IMG/VR virus record: IMGVR_UViG_2925891887_000005
Direction: 5' to 3' (one strand)
Length of the DNA: 50,264 bases
Source: a virus
Lineage: Duplodnaviria > Heunggongvirae > Uroviricota > Caudoviricetes
Positions 37,210 through 49,892 of the stretch are shown piece by piece; the first letter of the stretch is position 1; each line of letters opens with the position of its first letter. The position numbers and the translations under genes were made by a program. Below the pieces are notes generated by a model. It ran no database searches. It was not told where the DNA came from and worked only from the letters and a program-made list of their open reading frames with translations.

Positions 37210-37754
37210 AAACGGGGGCTGAAGCCATCCGGGCACTGGCCACACAGCTCCCGGCGTTTCGTCAGAAACTGAGCGACGGCTGGTATCAGGTACGGATTGC
37301 CGGGCGTGATGCAGGCGAAAATGAATTATCTGCCCGTCTTAATGAGCCGCTGGCAAATGGTGCCGTGATCCACATCGTGCCGCGTCTGGCGGGAGCTAAA
37401 AGTGGCGGTGTGTTTCAGGTGGTGCTTGGGGCGGCGCTGATTGCGGTGGCATGGTGGAACCCTGTGGGCTGGCTGGGGGCCGCGGCTGTATCGGGCATGT
37501 ATGCGGCAGGGGCCAGTATGATCCTGGGCGGAGTGGCGCAGATGCTGGCACCGAAAGCCAGGACGCCCACGGCAGCCAGTACAGATAACGGCAAACAGAA
37601 CACCTATTTCTCCTCACTGGATAACATGGTTGCCCAGGGCAATGTTCTGCCTGTTCTGTACGGTGAAATGCGCGTGGGGTCTCGCGTGGTTTCTCAGGAG
37701 ATCAGCACGGCAGACGAAGGGGACGGTGGTCAGGTTGTGGTGATTGGTCGCTGA
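37107..37754 (+). CDS. I: Tail assembly protein I
   Basis: N- and C-termini nearly identical to lambda gpI as recalled; overlaps the 3' end of K. Confidence 0.85.
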   Translation: MAATHTLPLASPGMARICLYGDLQRFGRRIDLRVKTGAEAIRALATQLPAFRQKLSDGWYQVRIAGRDAGENELSARLNEPLANGAVIHIVPRLAGAKSGGVFQVVLGAALIAVAWWNPVGWLGAAAVSGMYAAGASMILGGVAQMLAPKARTPTAASTDNGKQNTYFSSLDNMVAQGNVLPVLYGEMRVGSRVVSQEISTADEGDGGQVVVIGR

Positions 37755-37814
37755 TGCAAAATGTTTTATGTGAAACCGCCTGCGGGCGGTTTTGTCATTT
37801 ATGGAGCGTGAGGA

Positions 37815-40800
37815 ATGGGTAAAGGCAGCAGTAAGGGGCATACCCCGCGCGAAGCGAAGGACAACCTGAAGTCCACGCAGCTGCTGAGTGTGATCGATGC
37901 CATCAGCGAAGGGCCGGTTGAAGGTCCGGTGGATGGATTAAAAAGCGTGCTGCTGAACAGTACGCCGGTGCTGGACACTGAGGGGAATACCAACATCTCC
38001 GGTGTCACGGTGGTGTTCCGGGCAGGTGAGCAGGAGCAGACACCGCCGGAGGGGTTTGAATCCTCCGGCTCCGAGACGGTGCTGGGTACGGAAGTGAAAT
38101 ATGACACGCCGATCACCCGCACCATTACGTCTGCAAACATCGACCGTCTGCGCTTTACCTTCGGCGTGCAGGCACTGGTGGAAACCACCTCAAAGGGGGA
38201 CCGGAATCCGTCGGAAGTCCGCCTGCTGGTTCAGATCCAGCGTAATGGTGGCTGGGTGACGGAAAAAGACATCACCATTAAGGGCAAAACCACCTCGCAG
38301 TATCTGGCCTCGGTGGTGGTGGGTAACCTGCCGCCGCGCCCGTTCAATATACGGATGCGCAGGATGACGCGGGACAGCACCACAGACCAGCTGCAGAACA
38401 AAACGCTCTGGTCGTCATACACCGAAATCATCGATGTGAAACAGTGCTACCCGAACACGGCACTGGTCGGCGTGCAGGTGGATTCGGAGCAGTTCGGCAG
38501 CCAGCAGGTGAGCCGTAATTATCATCTGCGCGGGCGCATTCTGCAGGTGCCGTCGAACTATAACCCGCAGACGCGGCAATACAGCGGTATCTGGGACGGA
38601 ACGTTTAAGCCAGCATACAGCAACAACATGGCCTGGTGTCTGTGGGATATGCTGACCCATCCGCGCTACGGCATGGGGAAACGTCTTGGTGCGGCGGATG
38701 TGGACAAATGGGCGCTGTATGTCATCGGCCAGCATTGCGATCAGTCGGTGCCGGACGGTTTTGGCGGCACGGAGCCGCGCATCACCTGTAATGCCTGGCT
38801 GACCACACAGCGCAAGGCGTGGGATGTGCTCAGTGATTTCTGCTCTGCGATGCGCTGTATGCCGGTATGGAACGGGCAGACGCTGACGTTCGTGCAGGAC
38901 CGACCGTCGGATAAGGTGTGGACCTATAACCGCAGTAATGTGGTGATGCCGGATGATGGTGCGCCGTTCCGCTACAGCTTCAGCGCCCTGAAGGACCGCC
39001 ATAATGCCGTTGAGGTGAACTGGATTGACCCGAATAACGGCTGGGAGACGGCGACAGAGCTTGTGGAGGACACGCAGGCCATTGCCCGTTACGGTCGTAA
39101 CGTCACGAAGATGGATGCTTTTGGCTGTACCAGCCGGGGGCAGGCACACCGCGCCGGGCTGTGGCTGATTAAAACAGAACTGCTGGAAACGCAGACCGTG
39201 GACTTCAGCGTGGGTGCCGAAGGGCTTCGCCATGTACCGGGCGATGTCATTGAAATCTGCGATGATGACTATGCCGGTATCCGCACCGGCGGGCGCGTGC
39301 TGGCGGTAAACAGCCAGACCCGGACGCTGACGCTCGACCGTGAAATCACGCTGCCATCTTCCGGCACCACGCTGATAAGCCTGGTTGACGGGCAGGGGAG
39401 TCCGGTCAGCGTGGAGGTTCAGTCCGTCACCGACGGCGTGAAGGTGAAAGTGAGCCGTGTTCCTGACGGCGTTGCTGAATACAGCGTATGGGGGCTGAAG
39501 CTGCCGACGTTGCGCCAGCGCCTGTTCCGCTGCGTGAGTATCCGTGAGAACGACGACGGCACGTATGCCATCACCGCCGTGCAGCATGTACCGGAAAAAG
39601 AGGCCATCGTGGATAACGGGGCGCACTTTGACGGCGACCAGAGCTGCACGGTAAATGGTGTCACGCCGCCAGCGGTGCAGCACCTGACCGCAGAAGTCAC
39701 CGCAGACAGCGGGGAATACCAGGTGCTGGCCCGCTGGGACACGCCGAAGGTGGTGAAGGGCGTGAGCTTCCTGCTTCGCCTGACCGTGGCAGCGGATGAC
39801 GGCCGTGAGCGGCTGGTCAGCACGGCCCGGACGACGGAAACCACATACCGCTTCACACAACTGGCGCTGGGGAACTACAGGCTGACAGTCCGGGCAGTAA
39901 ATGCGTGGGGGCAGCAGGGCGATCCGGCGTCGGTATCGTTCCGGATTGCCGCACCGGCAGCGCCGTCGCGGATTGAGCTGACGCCGGGCTATTTTCAGAT
40001 AACCGCCACGCCGCATCTTGCGGTTTATGACCCGACGGTACAGTTTGAGTTCTGGTTCTCGGAAAAACGGATTGCGGATATCAGGCAGGTTGAAACCAGC
40101 GCGCGTTATCTTGGTACGGCACTGTACTGGATAGCCGCCAGTATCAATATCAAACCGGGCCATGATTATTATTTTTACGTTCGCAGTGTGAACACCGTTG
40201 GCAAATCGGCATTCGTGGAGGCTGTCGGTCAGCCGAGTGATGATGCATCAGGCTATCTGGATTTTTTCAAAGGCGAGATAGGGAAAACCCATCTGGCTCA
40301 GGAGCTGTGGACGCAGATTGATAACGGTCAGCTTGCGCCTGACCTGACTGAAATCAGGACGTCCATAACGGATGTCAGCAATGAAATAACACAGACCGTC
40401 AATAAGAAACTGGAAGACCAGAGTGCAGCGATCCAGCAGATACAGAAGGTTCAGGTTGATACAAATAATAACCTGAACAGCATGTGGGCAGTGAAGCTGC
40501 AGCAGATGCAGGACGGACGCCTTTATATTGCGGGTATCGGTGCCGGTATTGAGAACACCCCTGACGGCATGCAGAGTCAGGTGCTGCTGGCAGCAGACAG
40601 GATTGCGATGATTAATCCTGCGAATGGCAACACAAAGCCGATGTTTGTTGGTCAGGGCGATCAGATATTCATGAATGAAGTGTTCCTGAAACGCCTGACG
40701 GCCCCCACCATTACCAGCGGCGGTAATCCTCCGGCATTTTCCCTGACATCAGACGGGAGACTGACGGCGAAAAATGCGGATATCAGTGGCAGTGTGAATG

Positions 40801-41312
40801 CGAACTCAGGAACGCTCAACAATGTCACGATTAACCAGAACTGTACGATTAAGGGCATGCTGGAGGCGACCCAGGTCAGAGGAGATTTCGTTAAAGCTGT
40901 ATCAAAAGCCTTCCCGAAAAAAGTCGGTACGTGGGGTAACACGGAAACACCAAACGGTACGGTTACAGTCACCATCAGCGATGATCATAACTTTGACCGC
41001 CAGATTATTATTCCGCCCATTATTTTTAACGGTATAGCGTATGACGATCCGGGGAGCGGAAATAACCCAGGAGGCACGCGATACACGGGTTATGGTTTTG
41101 AAGTTCGCAAAAACGGCGTATTAATCGCATCCAGAGAAACTAAAGGGGCCATTCCCGGTAGTTACAGTGCGGTTATTGATATGCCGAGTGGCAGGGGAAG
41201 CGTCACTCTGGAGTTTAAGATTTTCCAGAAAGGCAATCAGGGGGCAGGCAATATCACCGACTGTACGGTGATTGTGACCAAAAAAGCCGCTTCCGGCATC
41301 AGTATTCGTTGA
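37815..41312 (+). CDS. J: Central tail fibre / host specificity protein J
   Basis: About 1000 aa near-identical to lambda gpJ; the C-terminal ~150 aa (receptor-binding region) diverge. Confidence 0.9.
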   Translation: MGKGSSKGHTPREAKDNLKSTQLLSVIDAISEGPVEGPVDGLKSVLLNSTPVLDTEGNTNISGVTVVFRAGEQEQTPPEGFESSGSETVLGTEVKYDTPITRTITSANIDRLRFTFGVQALVETTSKGDRNPSEVRLLVQIQRNGGWVTEKDITIKGKTTSQYLASVVVGNLPPRPFNIRMRRMTRDSTTDQLQNKTLWSSYTEIIDVKQCYPNTALVGVQVDSEQFGSQQVSRNYHLRGRILQVPSNYNPQTRQYSGIWDGTFKPAYSNNMAWCLWDMLTHPRYGMGKRLGAADVDKWALYVIGQHCDQSVPDGFGGTEPRITCNAWLTTQRKAWDVLSDFCSAMRCMPVWNGQTLTFVQDRPSDKVWTYNRSNVVMPDDGAPFRYSFSALKDRHNAVEVNWIDPNNGWETATELVEDTQAIARYGRNVTKMDAFGCTSRGQAHRAGLWLIKTELLETQTVDFSVGAEGLRHVPGDVIEICDDDYAGIRTGGRVLAVNSQTRTLTLDREITLPSSGTTLISLVDGQGSPVSVEVQSVTDGVKVKVSRVPDGVAEYSVWGLKLPTLRQRLFRCVSIRENDDGTYAITAVQHVPEKEAIVDNGAHFDGDQSCTVNGVTPPAVQHLTAEVTADSGEYQVLARWDTPKVVKGVSFLLRLTVAADDGRERLVSTARTTETTYRFTQLALGNYRLTVRAVNAWGQQGDPASVSFRIAAPAAPSRIELTPGYFQITATPHLAVYDPTVQFEFWFSEKRIADIRQVETSARYLGTALYWIAASINIKPGHDYYFYVRSVNTVGKSAFVEAVGQPSDDASGYLDFFKGEIGKTHLAQELWTQIDNGQLAPDLTEIRTSITDVSNEITQTVNKKLEDQSAAIQQIQKVQVDTNNNLNSMWAVKLQQMQDGRLYIAGIGAGIENTPDGMQSQVLLAADRIAMINPANGNTKPMFVGQGDQIFMNEVFLKRLTAPTITSGGNPPAFSLTSDGRLTAKNADISGSVNANSGTLNNVTINQNCTIKGMLEATQVRGDFVKAVSKAFPKKVGTWGNTETPNGTVTVTISDDHNFDRQIIIPPIIFNGIAYDDPGSGNNPGGTRYTGYGFEVRKNGVLIASRETKGAIPGSYSAVIDMPSGRGSVTLEFKIFQKGNQGAGNITDCTVIVTKKAASGISIR

Positions 41313-41333
41313 AATATTTATAACCCCAATAAA

Positions 41334-41360
41334 GGGCGTCAGGAATGACGCCTTTTTTAT
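41334..41360 (+). terminator. Rho-independent terminator after J
   Basis: GGCGTCAGGAATGACGCC followed by TTTTTTTATT. Confidence 0.6.
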
Positions 41361-41382
41361 TGCAGAAAAGCGAGAGGTAATT

Positions 41383-41982
41383 ATGCGTAAAGTTTGTGCA
41401 GCCATTTTGTCCGCAGCCATTTGTCTGGCCGTATCCGGTGCGCCTGCATGGGCGTCTGAACATCAGTCCACGCTGAGCGCGGGGTATCTTCATGCCTCGA
41501 TGAACGTCCCCGGCAGTGATGATCTGAACGGGATTAACGTGAAATACCGTTATGAGTTTACGGACACACTGGGGCTGGTGACGTCATTCAGCTATGCAGG
41601 AGACAAGAATCGCCAGCTGACCCGTTACAGCGATACCCGCTGGCATGAAGATTCCGTTCGTAACCGCTGGTTCAGCGTAATGGCGGGGCCGTCTGTGCGC
41701 GTGAATGAATGGTTCAGCGCGTATGCGATGGCGGGTGTGGCTTACAGCCGTGTGTCGACTTTCTCCGGGGATTATCTGCAGGTGACCGACAATACGGGGA
41801 AAACGCACGATGTGCTGACCGGAAGTGATGACGGTCGCCACAGCAACACGTCTCTGGCGTGGGGGGCTGGCGTGCAGTTTAACCCGACCGAATCCGTGGC
41901 CGTTGATGTCGCTTATGAAGGCTCCGGCAGCGGTGACTGGCGCACTGACGGGTTCATCGTGGGTGTTGGTTATAAATTCTGA
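41383..41982 (+). CDS. lom: Lom outer-membrane protein (Ail/Lom family)
   Basis: Signal peptide plus C-terminus ...YEGSGSGDWRTDGFIVGVGYKF, identical to the lambda Lom end. Confidence 0.85.
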   Translation: MRKVCAAILSAAICLAVSGAPAWASEHQSTLSAGYLHASMNVPGSDDLNGINVKYRYEFTDTLGLVTSFSYAGDKNRQLTRYSDTRWHEDSVRNRWFSVMAGPSVRVNEWFSAYAMAGVAYSRVSTFSGDYLQVTDNTGKTHDVLTGSDDGRHSNTSLAWGAGVQFNPTESVAVDVAYEGSGSGDWRTDGFIVGVGYKF

Positions 41983-42007
41983 TTAGCCAGGTAACACAGT
42001 GTTATGA

Positions 42008-42036
42008 CAGCCCGCCGGTTCAGGCGGGCTTTTTTG
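42008..42036 (+). terminator. Rho-independent terminator after lom
   Basis: CAGCCCGCCggttcaGGCGGGCT followed by TTTTTTG. Confidence 0.6.
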
Positions 42037-42046
42037 TGGGGTGAAT

Positions 42047-45000
42047 ATGGCAGTAAAAATTTCAGGTGTACTGAAAGACGGCACAGGAAAACCGGTACAG
42101 AACTGCACAATCCAGCTGAAAGCAAAACGTAACAGTACCACGGTGGTGGTGAACACGCTGGCATCTGAAAATCCGGATGAAGCCGGGCGTTACAGTATGG
42201 ACGTTGAGTACGGTCAGTACAGCGTTATTCTGTTGGTGGAAGGATTCCCGCCGTCACATGCCGGGACCATCACAGTGTATGAAGATTCCCGACCCGGTAC
42301 GCTGAATGATTTTCTCGGTGCCATGACGGAGGATGATGCCCGTCCGGAGGCACTGCGCCGTTTTGAGCTGATGGTGGAAGAGGTGGCGCGTAACGCGTCC
42401 GTGGTGGCACAGAACACGGCAGCCGCGAAGAAGTCAGCCAGTGATGCCAGCACATCAGCCCGTGAGGCGGCAACCCATGCGACTGATGCTGCAGGCTCAG
42501 CACGCGCAGCCAGCACGTCAGCCGGACAGGCCGCGTCGTCGGCTCAGTCAGCGACTTCCAGCGCAGGAACGGCATCAACAAAGGCCACTGAAGCATCAAA
42601 AAGTGCTGCCGCTGCAGAGTCCTCAAAAAGCGCGGCAGCTACCAGTGCCAGTGCCGCGAAAACGTCAGAAACGAATGCTGCAGCGTCACAACAATCAGCA
42701 GCCACTTCTGCATCCACCGCGACCACGAAAGCGTCAGAAGCTGCCACTTCAGCCCGGGATGCGGCGGCTTCAAAAGAGGCGGCAAAATCATCAGAAACGA
42801 ACGCATCCTCGAGCGCCAGTAGCGCAGCTTCCTCGGCAACAGCGGCAGGAAATTCCGCGAAGGCGGCAAAAACGTCAGAGACGAACGCCAGGTCTTCTGA
42901 AACGGCAGCGGGACAGAGCGCCTCGGCTGCGGCAGGCTCAAAAACAGCGGCTGCGTCGTCTGCCAGTGCAGCGTCAACAAGTGCCGGGCAGGCCTCAGCC
43001 AGTGCCACCGCCGCCGGAAAATCGGCAGAAAGCGCCGCATCGTCTGCTTCAACAGCCACAACGAAGGCTGGCGAAGCCACTGAACAGGCCAGCGCAGCAG
43101 CGAGGTCTGCTTCCGCAGCGAAGACATCCGAAACGAACGCGAAAGCGTCGGAAACCAGCGCAGAATCCTCAAAAACGGCTGCCGCATCGTCAGCCAGTTC
43201 GGCGTCGTCATCGGCATCATCTGCGTCTGCTTCAAAAGATGAGGCGACCAGACAGGCGTCAGCAGCGAAGGGTAGCGCCACGACGGCATCCACGAAGGCG
43301 ACAGAGGCTGCTGGTAGTGCGACGGCTGCAGCTCAGAGCAAAAGTACGGCGGAATCTGCAGCAACGCGCGCTGAGACAGCGGCAAAACGGGCAGAGGATA
43401 TTGCATCCGCCGTGGCGCTTGAGGATGCGAGCACGACGAAAAAGGGGATAGTACAGCTCAGCAGTGCGACCAACAGCACTTCCGAGTCACTGGCGGCAAC
43501 GCCAAAAGCCGTTAAGGCCGCGTATGACCTGGCTAACGGGAAATACACCGCACAGGATGCAACGACAGCACAGAAAGGGATAATCCAGCTAAGCAGCGCG
43601 ACCAACAGCACGTCTGAAACGCTGGCGGCAACGCCAAAGGCAGTAAAAGCAGCCAATGACAATGCTGAGAAACGTCTGCAGAAAGATCAGAACGGTGCGG
43701 ATATCCCTGGCAAAGACACCTTTACGAAAAATATTGGTGCCTGCCGTGCCTTCGGTGGGTCAGTAAGCACAACAACAGGAAACTGGACGACTGCACAGTT
43801 TATCGAGTGGCTGGATTCTCAGGGAGCATTTAACCATCCCTACTGGATGTGCAAGGGTTCCTGGTCTTATGGCAATAATAAAATCATTACTGATACTGGC
43901 TGCGGTAATATTCATCTCGCCGGAGCTGTCATTGAAATAATGGGGATAAAGTCAGCGATGACGATCCGCATTACCACACCGACCACCTCCACTGGTGGTG
44001 GAACAACTAACGCCCAGTTTACCTATATTAATCACGGAACAGATTATTCACCTGGCTGGCGAAGGGACTATAACTCCAGAAATAAGCCAACGGCATCAGA
44101 GATCGGGGCGTTACCGTCAGGTGGAACAGCAGTATCATCAGTTAATCTGTCTTCAAAAGGTCGGGTAACCGCGCTGACAGACAATACGCAGGGGGCAACA
44201 GGTCTTGAGTTATACGAGGTGTATAACAACGGATATCCAACAGCGTATGGAAATATCATTCACCTGAAAGGGATGACAGCCGTTGGCGAAGGTGAGTTAC
44301 TCATCGGCTGGAGTGGTACAAGCGGTGCTCATGCTCCGGCATTTATTCGTTCACGACGGGATACGACCGACGCAAACTGGTCGCCGTGGGCGCAGCTTTA
44401 CACCTCGGCTCATCCTCCTGCAGAGTTTTATCCAGTCGGTGCACCAATCCCGTGGCCATCAGATACCGTTCCGTCTGGTTATGCCCTGATGCAGGGGCAG
44501 ACTTTTGACAAATCTGCTTACCCGAAACTTGCAGCCGCTTATCCGTCAGGCGTGATCCCTGATATGCGTGGCTGGACGATTAAGGGCAAGCCCGCCAGTG
44601 GTCGTGCCGTATTGTCTCAGGAACAGGATGGCATTAAATCGCACACCCACAGCGCCAGCGCATCCAGTACGGATTTGGGGACGAAAACCACATCGTCGTT
44701 TGATTACGGCACTAAATCCACGAATAACACTGGTGCGCATACCCATAGTTTAAGTGGCAGCACGAATGCAGCTGGTAATCACAGCCATAGAGATGGCCGT
44801 CGATTTAACCCCAGTGTTTTTAAAGATACTTATCAATATGGTTATACAAGCTCAGGTCAAAATACCTGGGGTGTACAAGGCTCAGTAGGTATGTCTACGG
44901 GGTGGTTAGCGAATACCAGTACAGATGGTAATCATAGCCATTCACTGTCCGGCACAGCAGCATCTGCAGGTGCACACGCGCATACTGTCGGTATTGGTGC

Positions 45001-45118
45001 TCATACGCACTCCGTTGCGATTGGTTCACATGGACACACCATCACCGTTAACGCTGCTGGTAACGCGGAAAACACCGTCAAAAACATCGCATTTAACTAT
45101 ATTGTGAGGCTTGCATAA
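42047..45118 (+). CDS. stf: Side tail fibre protein Stf
   Basis: N-terminus [30 protein letters not shown] near-identical to lambda Stf; long Ala/Ser/Thr-rich repeat region; C-terminal His-rich fibre-tip region. Confidence 0.85.
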   Translation: MAVKISGVLKDGTGKPVQNCTIQLKAKRNSTTVVVNTLASENPDEAGRYSMDVEYGQYSVILLVEGFPPSHAGTITVYEDSRPGTLNDFLGAMTEDDARPEALRRFELMVEEVARNASVVAQNTAAAKKSASDASTSAREAATHATDAAGSARAASTSAGQAASSAQSATSSAGTASTKATEASKSAAAAESSKSAAATSASAAKTSETNAAASQQSAATSASTATTKASEAATSARDAAASKEAAKSSETNASSSASSAASSATAAGNSAKAAKTSETNARSSETAAGQSASAAAGSKTAAASSASAASTSAGQASASATAAGKSAESAASSASTATTKAGEATEQASAAARSASAAKTSETNAKASETSAESSKTAAASSASSASSSASSASASKDEATRQASAAKGSATTASTKATEAAGSATAAAQSKSTAESAATRAETAAKRAEDIASAVALEDASTTKKGIVQLSSATNSTSESLAATPKAVKAAYDLANGKYTAQDATTAQKGIIQLSSATNSTSETLAATPKAVKAANDNAEKRLQKDQNGADIPGKDTFTKNIGACRAFGGSVSTTTGNWTTAQFIEWLDSQGAFNHPYWMCKGSWSYGNNKIITDTGCGNIHLAGAVIEIMGIKSAMTIRITTPTTSTGGGTTNAQFTYINHGTDYSPGWRRDYNSRNKPTASEIGALPSGGTAVSSVNLSSKGRVTALTDNTQGATGLELYEVYNNGYPTAYGNIIHLKGMTAVGEGELLIGWSGTSGAHAPAFIRSRRDTTDANWSPWAQLYTSAHPPAEFYPVGAPIPWPSDTVPSGYALMQGQTFDKSAYPKLAAAYPSGVIPDMRGWTIKGKPASGRAVLSQEQDGIKSHTHSASASSTDLGTKTTSSFDYGTKSTNNTGAHTHSLSGSTNAAGNHSHRDGRRFNPSVFKDTYQYGYTSSGQNTWGVQGSVGMSTGWLANTSTDGNHSHSLSGTAASAGAHAHTVGIGAHTHSVAIGSHGHTITVNAAGNAENTVKNIAFNYIVRLA
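42420..43450 (+). repeat. Imperfect tandem coding repeats (Ala/Ser/Thr-rich, recurring KTSETNA units) within stf
   Basis: Repeated GCxAAAACGTCAGAAACGAAyGC-like units; these generate long spurious ORFs in other frames and on the opposite strand. Confidence 0.6.
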
Positions 45119-45702
45119 TGGCATTCAGAATGAGTGAACAACCACGGACCATAACAATTTATAATCTGCTGGCCGGAACTAATGAATTTATTGGTGAAGG
45201 TGATGCATATATTCCGCCTCATACAGGTCTGCCAGCAAACAGTACCGATATTGCACCACCAGATATTCCTGCTGGCTTTGTGGCTGTTTTCAACAGTGAT
45301 GAGGCATCGTGGCATCTCGTTGAAGACCATCGGGGTAAAACGGTTTATGACGTGGCTTCCGGCGACGCGTTATTTATTTCTGAACTCGGTCCGTTACCGG
45401 AAAATGTTACCTGGTTGTCGCCGGGAGGGGAGTATCAGAAGTGGAACGGCACAGCCTGGGGGAAGGATACGGAAGCAGAAAAACTGTTCCGGATCCGGGA
45501 GGCAGAAGAAACAAAAAACAGCCTGATGCAGGTAGCCAGTGAGCATATTGCGCCACTTCAGGATGCTGTAGATCTGGAAATCGCAACGGAGGAAGAAAAC
45601 TCGTTGCTGGAAGCCTGGAAGAAGTATCGGGTGTTGCTGAACCGTGTTGATACATCAACTGCACCGGATATTGAGTGGCCAGAAGAACCAGACACCGTGT
45701 AA
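45118..45702 (+). CDS. tfa: Tail fibre assembly protein Tfa
   Basis: Lambda Tfa-like; TAATG overlap with stf. Confidence 0.85.
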   Translation: MAFRMSEQPRTITIYNLLAGTNEFIGEGDAYIPPHTGLPANSTDIAPPDIPAGFVAVFNSDEASWHLVEDHRGKTVYDVASGDALFISELGPLPENVTWLSPGGEYQKWNGTAWGKDTEAEKLFRIREAEETKNSLMQVASEHIAPLQDAVDLEIATEEENSLLEAWKKYRVLLNRVDTSTAPDIEWPEEPDTV

Positions 45703-45749
45703 GCAAAAAAGAAAAACCGCAGACACGACGTATGCATGACGTGCTGCGG
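45703..45749 (-). terminator. Bidirectional terminator between tfa and the GIY-YIG gene
   Basis: CCGCAG...CTGCGG hairpin flanked by an A-run on the plus strand and TTTTTCTTTTTT on the minus strand. Confidence 0.55.
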
Positions 45750-45771
45750 TTTATGCTTATCACTTAAAGAC

Positions 45772-46590
<819 letters not shown>

Positions 46591-46951
46591 TCATTGCAAG
46601 GGCTCACAACCAGTAGTGTTGAGAAAACCATCGGAGAAATGAGGCTAAGCCTTTGAATTTACATAGTACAAAAAAGATACTTTTCCTCATAATGTGAGCT
46701 AATTTTATGTTTCGTTTGATGATTGGACCGGTCTCGAAAACCGTAGACACATAGTATGCGTTAATTTATGAACAAACTACTTGTCTGCTGTTTTTCTGTC
46801 ATTAGTCGTATATAGAATGATTCTCTATGCCTAACAAAGCATCACCAGTGCTAGATTACGTTGTAGTCACTGTTTAAATATCCAGATAAAACATTTCCTT
46901 CTGGGTTGAATGAGTGATAAAGTTTCACCCATTAGACCCCTTGGAGGAATT

Positions 46952-48385
46952 ATGTCTGAATTTGAAGTGTTGGCACAGCATCTGCTGAAGGAAGCCGAGG
47001 CGGAAGAAAAGCTGCGACAGGAAAATGATAAAAAGCTTATCGAGAAAGTGCTGGAAATCTATGATCAGAAGTATGTGGCTGAATTACTGAGAAAAGTCGG
47101 AAAAAATGAGTGGAGCCGTGAAACCATTAACCGCTGGATTAATGGCAAGTGTTTACCAAAATCGTTGACTTCAGTAGAAGAGTCTCTTCTGCGTAAGATG
47201 CTACCAGAACCACCTGCAAACCATCCGGAATATGCTTTCCGCTTCATTGACTTATTTGCTGGAATTGGAGGGATACGGAAAGGTTTTGAGGCCATTGGAG
47301 GCCAGTGTGTTTTTACCAGTGAATGGAATAAAGATGCTGTGCGTACATACAAGGCCAACTGGTTTAACGATGAACAGGTGCATAAATTCAATCTCGATAT
47401 TCGGGAAGTCACGCTGAGTGATAAAACCGATGTATTGGAAACGGATGCTTATGCATATATTGATGAGCATGTGCCGGATCATGATGTGCTTCTTGCGGGG
47501 TTCCCGTGCCAGCCATTTAGCCTTGCTGGTGTTAGTAAGAAAAACTCACTTGGTCGTGCGCATGGTTTTGAATGTGAAGCACAAGGAACACTTTTTTTTG
47601 ACGTGGCACGTATTATACGAGCAAAAAAACCGGCAATTTTTGTGCTGGAAAATGTCAAAAATCTGAAGAGCCATGATAAGGGTAAAACTTTCAAAGTCAT
47701 TATGGAGACCCTTGACGAGCTGGGCTACGAAGTTGCCGATGCTGCAGAAATGGGAAAAAACGATCCAAAGATTATCGATGGGAAGCATTTTTTGCCTCAG
47801 CATCGTGAACGCATTGTTCTGGTCGGATTTAGACGAGATCTGAATATTCACAAGGGGTTTACCTTGCGTGATATCAGTCGTTTTTATCCGGAACACCGCC
47901 CATCATTTGGTGAATTGCTGGAGCCTGTAGTCGACAGTAAATATATACTTACGCCAAAACTATGGGAGTACCTTTATAACTACGCCAAAAAGCATGCAGC
48001 CAAGGGGAATGGTTTTGGCTTTGGGTTGGTCAATCCTGAGAATAAGGAAAGCATTGCACGCACACTTTCTGCCAGATATCACAAAGACGGATCAGAAATT
48101 CTTATTGATCGTGGTTGGGATATGGCAACGGGAGAGGCTGACTTTATGAATGAGAGTAATCAGGCTCGTCGACCACGCAGGCTGACTCCCCGAGAGTGCG
48201 CACGCCTTATGGGATTTGAAAAACCTGGAGGGAAACCATTCCGTATTCCGGTTTCAGATACTCAGTCATATCGGCAGTTCGGTAACTCAGTTGTGGTGCC
48301 AGTATTTGAAGCTGTTGCCAGACTTCTGGAACCCTATATCCTCAAAGCTGTTTCTGCTGATGCTGGTAAGACTGGGCAGCCTTGA
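46952..48385 (+). CDS. dcm: C5-cytosine DNA methyltransferase, Dcm / M.EcoRII-like (CCWGG)
   Basis: [17 protein letters not shown] (motif I), GFPCQPFS (motif IV), ENV (motif VI), QFGNSV; near-identical to Dcm/M.EcoRII as recalled. Start at MSEFE with a GGAGG ribosome-binding site; the track ORF starts at 46910. Confidence 0.9.
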   Translation: MSEFEVLAQHLLKEAEAEEKLRQENDKKLIEKVLEIYDQKYVAELLRKVGKNEWSRETINRWINGKCLPKSLTSVEESLLRKMLPEPPANHPEYAFRFIDLFAGIGGIRKGFEAIGGQCVFTSEWNKDAVRTYKANWFNDEQVHKFNLDIREVTLSDKTDVLETDAYAYIDEHVPDHDVLLAGFPCQPFSLAGVSKKNSLGRAHGFECEAQGTLFFDVARIIRAKKPAIFVLENVKNLKSHDKGKTFKVIMETLDELGYEVADAAEMGKNDPKIIDGKHFLPQHRERIVLVGFRRDLNIHKGFTLRDISRFYPEHRPSFGELLEPVVDSKYILTPKLWEYLYNYAKKHAAKGNGFGFGLVNPENKESIARTLSARYHKDGSEILIDRGWDMATGEADFMNESNQARRPRRLTPRECARLMGFEKPGGKPFRIPVSDTQSYRQFGNSVVVPVFEAVARLLEPYILKAVSADAGKTGQP

Positions 48386-48391
48386 GAACAT

Positions 48392-48414
48392 CTCCCGGCC
48401 TTTTAAGCCGGGAG
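48392..48414. terminator. Hairpin between the convergent methyltransferase and endonuclease genes
   Basis: CTCCCGGCcttttaaGCCGGGAG inverted repeat. Confidence 0.4.
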
Positions 48415-48419
48415 TCAGC

Positions 48420-49634
48420 CTATGATAGTTCAGCGTAAAGCTCTATCAGCTCAGTAATGAATGCTCCGAGCGTTATTAATTCTTCTCTAACTGCTTCTGG
48501 GTATTTTTTATGTAAAGTTGATGGTACAACGAGTCTGACACCCGCATCTTTCATTTCTCGGTATTGTGCTGAAGAAACACCTTCTTGCAGTGTAAATAAA
48601 TGTACCTGATGGATTTTATCTGCTTCATTCAGTATCTGACGCCAGCGATCTTTGCAGGTGGTCTTTACTGCCAGCATACGTAAGTTTTCTACAGGAAATT
48701 CAACGTTATGATATGCCTCTGCTGAAGGAAACAGGAAATCTGGTTTTTTATTACCTTCAGTAACTGCCTGAGTGGAGAAATGCCGTAGTCCGTGCTCGAT
48801 AAAAAGCTTCTCTAGGTGAAGTTCAAGTGATTTGCCTGCCCTTGATTTACGTCGATTACTGACAGAGTTGGCTAATGCAATAAACTCATCTACAGAATCG
48901 AATCCTTTCTTAATAATATCAAGAACATGTAATTCCTCGACGAGTAGAAAAATATCATACTCGACACGCCGACGGTCAATCAGTTGCTCATCTGGATCCT
49001 TGGAGTTTTTAGCATAATGGCCAGCAGCATATTGAATAATTTCGTTTCCAGAAGGAAAACGCTTCTTCCAGTCTTCAGGAATAACATATTTATGATTTAC
49101 TGGAGTTTGCTGAAGAGACAATCCGCCCAAAATTTGTCCGGCAGGGCCGGAAATTAGGGTTCCAGGTATGATTTCGCCAATAGCAGACTCGATGATATCC
49201 TCTTCATCGGGATTGACGCAGACCCATATATCTACCTCGGAACAGTCAGTGTTCTGTTCGTTTAACCTGAAAGCAAGAATTGTGAGGGCTCCTGTATTTT
49301 CAGGGTTCTGTAATGGACTTCCTCTCCCCCAGCGCGTAATTCTTTTTTCGTTTCGGGTCTTACCAAAATAACGGTTGTTGTAATAAATTGCGCGTGCTTG
49401 GGTATCAGGGCAATCATGGGATGATACATGCGCAGTAAGGAAGACTGAAGGGTTCAGTTCGCGAGTATGATTGATAGATGGAAAAAGCTTTTCAACGATA
49501 TTTGAGGGGATATAAAGTCCGACCTGATGGCCACCTGTTGCGCCTGTGTCGTTTGCAGAAAGGCGTTTGATGTAGATAAAGTAATTCCCGCTTGCGATAT
49601 CAAGCAGCCAGTTATGAAAAACCGACATATACAT
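48420..49634 (-). CDS. ecoRIIR: Type IIE restriction endonuclease, EcoRII-like
   Basis: 404 aa; N-terminus SVFHNWLL...YIKRLSANDTGATGGHQVGLYIP matches the EcoRII effector domain as recalled; convergent with the methyltransferase. Confidence 0.85.
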   Translation of the reverse strand: MYMSVFHNWLLDIASGNYFIYIKRLSANDTGATGGHQVGLYIPSNIVEKLFPSINHTRELNPSVFLTAHVSSHDCPDTQARAIYYNNRYFGKTRNEKRITRWGRGSPLQNPENTGALTILAFRLNEQNTDCSEVDIWVCVNPDEEDIIESAIGEIIPGTLISGPAGQILGGLSLQQTPVNHKYVIPEDWKKRFPSGNEIIQYAAGHYAKNSKDPDEQLIDRRRVEYDIFLLVEELHVLDIIKKGFDSVDEFIALANSVSNRRKSRAGKSLELHLEKLFIEHGLRHFSTQAVTEGNKKPDFLFPSAEAYHNVEFPVENLRMLAVKTTCKDRWRQILNEADKIHQVHLFTLQEGVSSAQYREMKDAGVRLVVPSTLHKKYPEAVREELITLGAFITELIELYAELS

Positions 49635-49711
49635 CCCTTTGTTAACATACAGTCAGGGTTAACATTTTTCCATAGTTATAGATAAGCGGCTAGGAACTTA
49701 AGGGAAAAACA

Positions 49712-49735
49712 AAAAGCCCGCATAAGCGGGCTTTT
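49712..49735 (-). terminator. Rho-independent terminator downstream of ssrA (within attR-proximal prophage DNA)
   Basis: Minus-strand AAAGCCCGCTTATGCGGGCTTT followed by TTGTTTTT. Confidence 0.55.
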
Positions 49736-49862
49736 GTGTCACTCGAGAGCCGCGGCTCCTTTGCGTATCCTTTTTTGTCTCCTCACCGTCTGGTCGGTGT
49801 CCTGCTGAGACTGCTAACTTCCTGTTTTTGTTGGTGTTGTCCTTACACCGTCCAATCATGAT

Positions 49863-49892
49863 TGGTGGAGCTGGCGGGAGTTGAACCCGCGT
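49863..49892. repeat. attR core: 3' end of ssrA, identical to the repeat at 3671-3700
   Basis: Exact 30-bp identity with 3671-3700. Confidence 0.85.

Noticed and set aside
38415-40163. 582-aa minus-strand ORF inside the J gene
   Set aside because: It is antisense to a region where the plus strand encodes near-lambda-identical gpJ; the translation is Arg/His/Pro-rich and has no start context. Typical shadow ORF.
42441-43451. 336-aa plus-strand ORF (R/Q/P-rich) and minus-strand ORFs 42544-43293 and 42639-43406 in the stf repeat tract
   Set aside because: Alternative-frame readings of the repetitive GC-rich shaft-coding tract; the in-frame Stf translation is lambda-like and continuous.
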